NCBI GenBank assembly: GCA_903813345.2
Contig: CAIIXF020000001.1
Coordinates: 25,110,001 to 25,174,000, forward strand
Direction: 5' to 3'
Origin: Owenia fusiformis
Lineage: Eukaryota
Length of the DNA stretch: 64,000 nucleotides
Shown here: positions 14,501-26,500 of the stretch, piece after piece
Layout: each line of letters opens with the position of its first letter
Position numbering within the stretch: position 1 is the first letter of the stretch
Program-made: the position numbers and the translations under genes
Notes under the pieces: model-generated
Databases searched by the model: none
Told to the model about the DNA's origin: nothing
Seen by the model: the letters and a program-made list of their open reading frames with translations, nothing else

Positions 14501-17500
14501 ATGAAAAAAAAAGAATGGAAAATTTCAAAATATATTTTGATCGATCAGTTCTACCTGCTAACATGGAGCGAAGGATGCAGAAAATACAGGAGACATAAGT
14601 GGCTGCAGAGCTTTCCTTATTGGCGCACCTCAGACATGTCTTCAACAGAGTCATCAAAGCGCTCACATCCAGCTAGCATATCACAGATGCCGCAACTAAT
14701 AACAATCCATTGGCTTTTGAAACGGTGGCATAACCCATTGCACAACCATATGATAAAGTACCGAGTTGTTTGGCTAAACTGTCAAAGATGCGGCACACTC
14801 CAGTGCAATTGGGCCATTAAACCACATCTGTTGTCAAAGAATCACTGTGATTATAATGAATAAAAGTGAATTATGGCCACTGAATTACTGTGTTCGGCTA
14901 TTATTAAGATATCACTGTTAAAGCTGACGAGGTGGTTGTGTTGTAAAGACTGGGCGGGGCAGGGTACATATTAACTGATAGCCCGCACGTGGTAACAGTA
15001 ATTACAAAGCTCCGCTAGTGAGACCTCAATTAAATGCTCTTTTACAGTTGACAATATCTAGCCTAAGTAATTGATAATTCATACAGACTTGCTACAATGC
15101 CATTTTAATAAGTAATGTTGAAACTCATTAGCAATTCTATGTAATAGTTAAGCCAGCAAATTGAATATTTGCTCCTTTATGTTTGTGAATGGTATATGAT
15201 AAGTGTTGTGATTATGTTTCATTAGGAATTTCATTACAGGCTACTCCCCAGTCTATTGACTGGGAGGTACGCTACTTTTAATGCTGTAAAGCTTTGATGA
15301 AAGTAGTTTCATTTTCACCTTTTTAGTTCTACTCTTTCAAACCTAACTATGAAACCATGCTCTTCATAAGCAAAACTCAGTAACAAGGCATTACCATGCA
15401 AAATCTCACTACCTGCCATTTGTTACAGACACTGACTGCTGAATACCAACTGCCAATCACCAAACACAGTCCACAAAAAAGTTGGAGACTATTACAGTAT
15501 GTCACTACGTCTTGTGGCGACATAATAATAGTGTCATATACCCTGATGCATTTCACCACTCGATCAGTTCAGAGTAACCCAAACCACCTTATAAAAATCA
15601 ATACTATCATTTTTTGTATAGGAATTCTGATTTTACATTCACCATTCTGTTCAAATGGCAGCGTCACTTACAAAGGATTAAAAAATTTGGGGAGATTTTA
15701 TGGATCTGTTTCTCCTTATCAAGAATATCAAATTAAAGGGAAAAGTTCCAAGCAATTTCAATGATCTTCTGGTATTAAAACTATTCTAAAAATTATATTT
15801 TTGAATAATCACTCTTTGAAAAAAATGAGGTTGGACATTTTCCATTTTGTACATTAAAAATGTCTGAATAAAGAAATAAAAGAGGCTCAAACAGAAAAAA
15901 ATCATTTTCTATATAATAATAATCTTTGAGAAGCAGCACTAAAGGTGGTTGTTAAAAACAATTTTAAACAAGACATTAACATGCAAAACGTCACAACCTG
16001 CCATTTGTTACAGACAATGAATCTCAACCGCCGAATACTGAACACCAACTGCCTAACACCAACCATATCCACAAAAAAGTTGGAGACAATAACAACATGT
16101 CGCCATTTGTGTTGGTGACATAATAAAACCAATATACTTACTGCCCTTAATGAATGCAACCTTTGTGCAATCTCCCTTAGTTCTAGAGCCAGATTTGGTT
16201 GTGTTAGTCTTGGGAGGACAGTCAAAACATTTGGTCATGGAATGACTGGGCTGGTAGGTTCCTGGATTACATTTAATACAACCCTTGTCTTTTGCTCCAC
16301 TGTACTCTCCTGGCACACAGGTTTCTGTAAAATAATTGCATCTGAAGCTTGGTTGTCAACTTACAACAACAATCATCTACATGTTTCAAATATATTTTAA
16401 TTCATAACTTATATGTATTTAATAGACCTGGACATAAACTTTCTTTTCTGCAATTTTTGAAGCCTGAAAAAATCATGCAGAAAGTGAAATTATTGCCTTT
16501 TAATTTAAATTCGAAAAAAGGTTTGAGTAGTTTTTCAATCTTGGAACTTGATCATATTGATAAGGAATCAAGCCTTTAAGAAGAAAAGGTATGTGTCCAA
16601 GTCTATTGATTATTTTAGACCTATGCATGAGAATAACAGCTATAATGTATGTATAAACTGTGAAAAGTTTCATTTAAATCACTTGACAGATAAAATACTC
16701 TAGCTGAAAAATGAGACCTTTTGAAAAAGATCTTGTTGATTATAAAAGATAATATTTAAAATATAAGTAATAATTGATTCATCCCTCAAAAGCATGTTAT
16801 CCATTGTGGGATTCATAGGCTGTACTACCCCTTGGAATCCAGGAATTTCCCTCTCAAGCAATAGGTAAAGAGGGGCATTGATAAATCAGAATGGTATTAG
16901 CTATTATCCTTACCACAAAGTATTCCCTGTGTTCCAAATCCTGGTGGGCATTCAAAAGACACTTCTTTGGTGGTATGTTTTGGTTCTGGGGTTATTTCAC
17001 CAGTTGCTGTCTCCGCATTGATGAAATCTTGAACTTTCTTGTAGCCCTGCGTATTTTGAATTGAAGCATGACATCAAAACATCATAAAATACTATGTTTA
17101 CAAATGATATGAATATCTACCCGAGTGCCCAGCATTCTGCGTGAATTCAATTTTACATGATTACACAGAACTACATATTGATATTTGATTTAATTGTTCT
17201 AAGTACATGTATACATTATGTAAGTTGTCTTGCCTCCTTTTCAAATAAACAAATATGTAAACAAATATGTGTATTCATGGTACAGGGATTGCCCCCCGAA
17301 AACGAAACCTTCAATTTTTGCAACAACTTTGATCTAAGATTATGGGCATTTGTATTTATAGGTTGCATTTTTAGACCACCTTGCACTCTAGAAAGTATTT
17401 AATGTAAAAAACCTCACCAGCTCAAGATTCTCTATGACCTTAGTCTCAATGCAGGCTGGTTCACACTTGGGTGGAGAGAAGTCAGTGGAAGTATGGGCAA

Positions 17501-20500
17501 AGAATGATACCCATAGTTCATATTTCAATGCTTGTGGATCCCCCTTAAAAATACAAAAACAAGTATACTTAAAAAACAATATTCATAATAAACGAAGCAC
17601 CCCCAATACAACATATTATGCCGAAATATGAAAACAAAATCAACTGTAGAGTGTATAAGCAGCAAATAAAGGAGGCAATTTGCCTCTTCAAGGGAGGCAA
17701 TTTGCCTCTTTGATCATAATGTTGAGAGTTTTGTCTAAAATATATAAGATTTTCAATGATACATCAGATCCTAAAATACTCCTTCCTTTATTTTGTATCA
17801 TAATGAAGGCATATTTTTGAAATCAAATGGTTAGAAATGGAAATCAATTTGGTGACTCAGATTTGAATTTCCAGATTTGCAAAATTACACAAAAAAGTCT
17901 AAAATGCTACTATCATAAAATGGAAGTAGCTTACATTACTTACAGGACTTTTGGTGAAGTGGCACTCATTTGTAAAATCTTGAAAAATACATGAAGTAGA
18001 ATTGGGGCACAATGCTTCTTTGACTGCCACCATCTTTACTGTATTGATTGCGTCCTGGCACTCGTTGGCACTATATTTCAGTGATATCTTGTAGCTAAAC
18101 TTTGGTATATGATAAACTGAAAGCAAATCCAAGACATATCATAAAGAAACATGTAGAATACATTCAGAGAGTATAGAATACATATTTGGCAAATATAGCA
18201 TATCTATTTTGAGAATATAGAACACCTATTTGGAGAATATTGATTATTTTCTTATATTTCCCACAATTAACTTTTTCATCTGTTTTTATGTTGTTTTAGA
18301 AAAACATTGAATAACTCAACACAAAGTTATAAATAATTGCCAGAGCAACATATTTGTGTTGAGTATTTTTTGAAATTTTTAGGAGTGTCACGAACTAAAG
18401 CTTACTCCAAAAACCTTTTCAGGTAAACAATATAATATGTACATATGTATTATAATGAACTAATGACAATTATAAAATTGATTTGAGGTATAGGGATCAT
18501 ACATAAATATTTTTATGACTTAATATACCTCACAGCACAAAATTGATGAAATCAAAAAGAGCAATTTACAGGTTGTTTCCTTTATGTCTCTTTAAAAATT
18601 TCAAATCATTTCATTTTATCAAATATGATCATAAATGGAAAATTTCAATGGCACAGGAGAAAATTGAAAAGTAAATTACATTTCAACTGGATAAATCTCA
18701 ACTTGGAATGATAAGACACTATAGTTTAAAAGTTTAAAAAATTAATGTGAAATGCATACATAGTTTAATTGACTACAATACCAAAGTGAAAATGCAAAGT
18801 AAAATTTGGAAGACACTTTTAATAGCAAGTTTAACATATGGAACATTCCAGATTGCCATGATGGTGTTTTATACTCAAAGTGATTTCCACACAATATCAT
18901 CATTACAAGGAAAACACTATGAAAATGACCAAAACATTGAGGATGAAATGGAATCAACTAGATATATTTCCACTATGCAAATAGCACCACCTTGGCACCA
19001 CCAGAACATGGCAGAGGGGTTTGATAATCTGAGAGAGGCGAAACATGCATCAGAAGAGTTGAATGTTAGAAGACAACACTATCAAATTGGAAATGTTACT
19101 GTTACAGAAGGGACAAAATTGATTATACCCAAATCAAATGTACTGTTTTTAAAAACACACAAAACAGCTAGTTCTACTTTACAAAATATATTGATGAGAT
19201 ATGGTGATAATAATAACCTCACATTTGCCATCCATCAGAAATCTCACGTCATTAAACCAGCTCAACCTTTCAAGAGAGAGTATGTGATGCCAGCAAAGGG
19301 AGACTATAACATTCTCTGTCACCATGCAAGATATAGCACAGAAATGTCCAAAATTCTGCCAAAGAATACTCCATTTGTAACAATTCTTAGAAATCCTGTT
19401 GATGTGTTTGAGTCCACATATACATATTTCAATATAACAGCAAGGTGCTTTGGAATTATGCAGCAAAATGGAGTTGAGTTACTTGCCCAAAATACAATGG
19501 ACTTGGATGTTAGGAAATTTCACTGTTTCAAGCGCAACATGATGCTATCTGATCTTGGTCACAAGAAAGAAGATGATGATGATATAGCGAACATTACAAA
19601 GAAAATCAAGGAAATAGATGATAACTTTGATTTAGTCCTCATTGCAGAATACTTTGAAGAGAGTTTAATTTTGCTGAAGCAATTATTAGGTTGGCCTTTG
19701 GAAAACCTTGTATATTTTAGACAAAACTCTAGGCAGAATTTTCAAAGAGGCAAACTGTCTCCCTCTACAAGAGAGTGGGTGCGAAAATGGAATAAAGGTG
19801 ACGAGATGCTTTATAATCATTTTAACCAATCATTTTGGAAAAGACTTCACTCATATGGCTATGATCAAATGCAAGACGAAGTTTTTCAGCTCAGACGACT
19901 ATGCAATACATGGCATACATACTGTGTAAAAGAAGTGACATCAGCTATAAAAATGACTGATTTAAAATTCAAACCAATAAGTGCCCCACTAAGCATCTTG
20001 GGATACACACTTTCTGACGATGGGATGAGAAATAAAACTTGTAGACAACTGGCAACCCCAGAAATTCCATATACCAATTATATCCGACAGAAATTGCTAT
20101 ACAAAGGCATTTTGCATCAATCTGGCATAGATCAAAAAGATATGGAAATTCCTTTCATTCGACGTAAGTGACATCTTTAAGATTAAGTGAAAGCTTATAA
20201 ACTAATTGTTACCAATTATAAGTGATGAACAGCTATACATTTTATGAAGATGTAATGAGAAAAAGTTTTAGCGATCTGGCAATTATCTGTCACTGATTGC
20301 AATGATATATTTTATTCAGCAAAGAGAACATATAAATAAACAAACTTTCATCACTGCTGCCATCTTTTTGTTAACATTATGCCAATAGAGTTTATATAAA
20401 ATGGGAGGTCACTGAAAATCTTTTTATTATAATTTGTTGGAAGTGACATCAGTGACATCTTTACAATTTGATGAAAGCTAGTGTATAGGTGGATCATAAC

Positions 20501-23500
20501 TTTTTTTGCATTCAATTTCAGCATGTTTCCATAAGTGGTGCTTTTAATAATAGCTTTTTTGGGTAGCAGAACTTGACGTTACTTAAAAAATGAATAGCAA
20601 ATAATAATAATTTATATTGTGTGATAAAATTATCAAAATAGCAATTATGTATAATGGAACCAATTAATACAACTGACTTCAAAAATAAAACACTTCAATG
20701 AAAATAAATACCCAAATAAAATAATAATGTATTTTTCACATGAAAACAAAAAAAATTCTTTCAAAATTCAAAGCAACAAATAAAGACAATGCAATCAAGG
20801 ACACACAAAAATGTTAAAGTAAGTGGAATCACCATGAAATCAATGACCCCTGACTGTATCAATTATGACACCATTAGGTCAAAGCTAGGACTCTGATTTT
20901 TAATTCTCTGAATAATGAACTGTTAAAAATGCCTATTTTAGCCAAATTTTTATCGCTTGCATTTTGCAGCTTATAGCCTCAATGATGAAAATCACAAACC
21001 TAAAAGAGGATGAAAATTAATGCTTACCAACTACCATGTACCGATGAGTTTCAGTCAGATCTTGTCCCTCTCTACTTTTGCCCTTAGCTATGCATGTATA
21101 AAGGCCAGAGTCTTTAGCTTGAGCATCTGATATTTTAAGATCACCTGCAGGAGTACTTAAAAGTCTGGCATCAGCGACAGGTTTCATTTCTGAATCTTCC
21201 CATGTTACTGTTGGATCAATTATGGTCTTCTTACCCATGCAACTAAGCAGTTTCTCTTGCCCTTGCTCCACAAAGGCATCTGCAAGTTAAGGAAGAATGA
21301 CATTGCCTTCAAAAAGCATGTTGGACAATCAATGAACAGTAAGAAATATTTTCAAGCATGTGTACATTTGTAAGTAGTATACCGCAAGATCATAATTTTA
21401 CAATGGACACATGTTATAAGTAAAATTCATATCACAATATACTGTATGTCCACTTTTTTAAATAATACTCAAACTGAACAATTCAATTCTGATATAATAT
21501 TAAAGGACTACTGTATACCTTTGAGATGCGGTCGCTGAGAATCCCCTACATCAGCTTCCCTACGTAAAATATGTGACTCTAATGACTCCGAAGATATCCC
21601 CTCTAGATTTGTATTCGTTGAACGCTTTCTACGCTTCCTTGTTTTTGCATTGTCATTCGCTTTTGCTCTCAGGTCAGCCATGACCTTTGATAAAGGTAAA
21701 GTAAAGTGGGCCTGTGGAAATGAGGGCAATATGTGCAGGTTAAAGTCATATGCTGACCTCAGTTTACTCTTTACCGCAGGATCACAATCCAAAAGTGATA
21801 AGTCTTTTTTCGTTACTGAAAAGACACAATTACTTTCTGTAAAAATTAGAAGCATATCATTGTAGCTACATGTATTTCAAAATTATAATTGAAAAACTGT
21901 TTAACAATAGAGACAATGTTTTAAAAAATGACTTGCTATGGATCGTTTTAATGTACCGTGTTCAAACATTACTTGTAATTAACATCAAATTGGAATGTAA
22001 TGATGCTACACTGGGGTGAAACAGAGAATCTAATTGAATTCTAGCTCTATGATTTCCAGGTAATCATGTCAAAATATCTCCACTTGAATCAAGTTTCACC
22101 TTAATGTCCAATTCAATCAAGGAGTCATCATGGCCTTATCTTAATAGATCTCACTACATAGTCTCAGGGTAACTGAAAGCTTGCAGCACAGGAAATTGTA
22201 ACAATGTCAACACACAAATGTGTAACACTTTGTTACATTTCCTGATAAAATGATAGCTATATTAAAGTCACCACTCCTTGGTGGTGCTTATAATGAGGGC
22301 AATATGTGCAAATAAGTTCCAAATAGAAAAGATGAACTTACATTCTTTTACTGCCACCGCATGTATTATTCCATTTTTAGAATGCTCCATCGTGAAACAC
22401 ATTACGAGTCTGTAAGGATTACTGAAATTAAAAGAAAAAGTTAACTAACATATTTTAAAATATTTCTTTGGAAATTTCCAAGTTTCATTGATTTTACTGT
22501 TTTTTTTGATTGGCAAAATTAGAAAATTAAACATGTCAGAAAGGATGCAAAAATTAAATGTACATATATTTTTATGAACATTTTGTGAAACATTTACAGC
22601 ATTTAACATCAGTAACCTACATGAAACATGAAAAACACATTTTGAACCAGGACCTTAACTCTTTATAGCTCACTATCTGACCATAAGTACAATTAGATGT
22701 ACTACACTTACTGGTGAGTGCGGCGGGTCAGGACGAGCTTGAATTGAAGATGTGTCCTGTCACAATGGATGCTCTTGTAAGATCTCTGGTGATTGTTTCT
22801 CCCCCACCCTGAAACCAGAAACTACATATAATTGCTCATATTTCTATCAAACTGTCTACTTTTACTAAGATCAACAAGTCATTGATTGAACATATGTACC
22901 TTTACAGCAATATGTTCTGTACCTGGGAAGTTGAAACTTACATTGATACTTCTCAACTTTAATTGCAACATGAATTACCATATTTGGGAATTACACGAGA
23001 CCACTTAGCAGCCAGGACTAAATACTAATGAAGGACCCACGGTCCTGTGCTCATACAGTTTGGAACCTTCAGAGGAATTTATATCCTGACTTTCAAACAA
23101 AAATATTGATTTGGATTTGTAGTCTCGACCTTAGATAGAAACTTAGATAGCATAGTTGTGTGACCTAGTTTGATGACCTTTGACCTTGAAAATTTTACTT
23201 ATTCAGAGCTCAGTAAGGTATTTTGTGATTAAGCTGACCAAAATTTACATCCAAAAATCAATTTGAAAAATCAACTTTTTTGACCTTTCGAAGGTCACTG
23301 AAGGTCAAGTAAAGGTCAAATCCTAAAACTAATGATTTGAACTTCTGGCAACTTGTAGATGATTTTCAAAAAAAATTTGGTCAAATTGAAGCAAGTTGAA
23401 AAATAACTTGTTTTACTGTTTTTTTTACGTCAAATATCTCAAAAACGGTAAAAATTTGATGCTGACGTATATTGAGAAATATGTAGGGAATGCTTAAGTC

Positions 23501-26500
23501 TATCAATGATGTAATTTATTGCAGGAAATGATCAAGTATAAGGCAAACTTTAAGAATCTTGTCAATCACAAAACCTGCCATTGACTTTATACATGAGAAA
23601 GTTTCCTGAAAATGATTTAAGTCCTACTTTTTTTCAAATTTTATAGAGTAAACACCAAAAACCGTTATTCCAAGAGCTTTGAAATCTTCAGAGGACATAA
23701 GTTGCATATACACCAACTACTTAAAGTTATTTGAAAGTTCTACTTCAACAAAGTGTCTAGTATTTACAGAAAATTTGACTTTTTGACGTCAAAATCCTCA
23801 ATTTCTCAGAAACTGGGCAAACTTGGGAAATGGCGATGATAGGTCAAATAGACATTATCGATATGCATAAAATGAATGTGGATATGACTCAATCCGAATA
23901 GCAGTTTTAATTTGTGTGGCCAATGTTGACGGACGGACGGACGCCGAACCAACGGACGGACGGACGAACCAACGGACGGACGCCTGGTCGATCCCATAGG
24001 CTCACTGTGTGAGCCAAAAATGATACAGACTTATAATTTATATTGTCAAAATTGAGATAATTTGTGAAAAATGAGACAAAAAATGATTTCTGAAATTGAG
24101 GTTAATATAGGAGTAAATTACCAGCATAAAATGATGAGTATTACAGTAGTTCAGATGAATAGCTGTTCTGTTTTTGTCAAAAAATGTTCACAGACAGATG
24201 GAAAGTGGGAAGGAAGAATGGACAGATGGATGAGTAAGTGGTTCCATTGTGAACAAAACAATAAAGATATACTCACAAGAAAATGGATCACCAGGAACAG
24301 ATCCCCTTCTTATTCCAGTATATTCTATATGTGTCATCCCCAAAATTATTTGCTTCATACGTGGTTTCTTTATAAGCACTTGCTTCCTCTTTGATTCCTT
24401 TTTGATAACCTTCTTCTTAATTGCTCTCCTGTGCTTTGTTCGTTTAACCCCATGTCCCTTATCACTGTCTAATGGTTTGAGGGTGTAAATACCAAGATAT
24501 TCCTGAAGGTCACATCTCTCTTCTCTTTGTTGTTCAGATATTGTTGGTGTCACAGCTATTATAGGTACCACATCTGAAATGTGTACATACATCAAGCATA
24601 ACTCTAGCTATTCTAGAAAAATGAATGAGATAAAAATTGGAAATAGAGTTACCGGGAGCAAATTGCAGTCAAAAATTAAAGTAGAAATTAATAGGCCAAG
24701 TTCATTTTTACCAGTTTTACTGATTTCCATTTCATTCCATAATATCAATCTCTGCATTAAAACCATTTCCTATTAATAAGTTAAACAGGCACTCTACATA
24801 TAAGAGAAATTTCTAAATTTGATACAGTGAATAATATTTCCATTTGTGGGGAATGCCTGTGTCACTTTCAAAAATAGTATAAACCCCTTATTTATCTTGT
24901 GTACAAGAAACACAGGTATGCCCGTCAATAGATTAAAATATTTGTATAATACTAACCGCGTCTATTGCGACTCCCTTTGTTTTCTTTATTCTGTCTGTAT
25001 TTTTTGTAAATATATGTAATGTGTTTTTTCTTTATCTTTTGAGCTACTAGGGATTCTTTTTGTTGGTTTTTCGGGTTTTTATTTTCTTGTGCATTTGATG
25101 GTTTTGTTAAATCTTTTTTTATGGATTGATGTCTTTTGTATTTTTTGGTACGGATATGGAGGCCTAAATGATCTGAATTTATGACTGTTTCTTCCCATTT
25201 CTGAGATTTTGCTTTCAGTACATCATAAGTCATGCGTAACTCATCTAAGACAGCTTTGACCACATTGTCCTTGTGCATTGGGGTCAATATTATGGAATTT
25301 GACATATCTATGATGCAGGACTTCAGAGTTTTTAACACATGTTTTGTATGAGTTTTTTTGAATATGTCAATAAAGCTTTCAATTGTTTTGCTTAATATGC
25401 TATGTGGGTTTTCTTTAATTGTGTGAAGGTAGGTTTGAAGTCGATGCAATAAATCATTAACATGCAATTTGGAATTATATTCTAGACTATCATAATCCTC
25501 AAAAGGTAGTGTTGGCATCATTGTAGTTGTGACCTCAGCTTGTTTGTAGGCTGTACCTTGTGCCAATTTTGTTTTCTGCTTTTTATTTGGCTTGACAGTT
25601 TTCTTATCATGTGCAGACTTTGCCTTAATGTTTGGTGAAGATGGGTTTTTATGCTTGACCATTTTCTTATCTTGAGCAGGTTTTTTGGGCTTGACCATTT
25701 TCTTATCTTGAGCAGGTTTTTTGGGCTTGACCATTTTCTTATCATGTGCAGACTTTGCCTTAATGTTTGGTGAAGATGGGTTTTTTGGTTCAACTTTTTT
25801 CTGTTTGTGCAAACCTTTTGCTTTTATGTTTGATTCTTTCTTATTTGCTGGTGATGATTTTCTTGGCTTGGCAATTTTCTTATCGTGTCCTACTTTTGTC
25901 TTAATGCTTGCTGATAATTTTCTTGGCTTGACTGTGATCTTACGCTGCACTATCTTTAAGTTTGCTGATGATTTTCTTGGCTTGGCAGTTTTCTTACTAT
26001 GCCCTACTTTTGTTTTAATGTTTGCTGTTGATTTTATTGGCTTGGCAGTTTTCTTTTGATGCCCTTCTTTTGGCTTCATGCTTGCTGATGATTTTCTTGG
26101 CTTGTCAGTTTTCTTATGATGCCCTACTTTTGGCTTCATGCTTGCTAATGGTTTTCTTGGCTTGGCAGTTTTCTTATGATGCCCTACTTTTGGCTTCATG
26201 CTTGCTAATGATTTTCTTGGCTTGGCAGTTTTCTTATGATGCCCTACTTTTGGCTTCATGCTTACTGATGATTTTCTTGGCTTGGCAGTTTTCTTATGAT
26301 GCCCTACTTTTGGCTTCATGCTTGCTGATGATTTTCTTGGCTTGGCAGTTTTCTTATGATGCCCTACTTTTGGCTTCACGCTTGCTGATAAATTTCTTGG
26401 CTTGGCAGTTTTCTTATGATGCCCTACTTTTGGCTTCATGCTTGCTGATAAATTTCTTGGCTTGGCAGTTTTCTTATGATGCCCTACTTTTGGCTTCATG

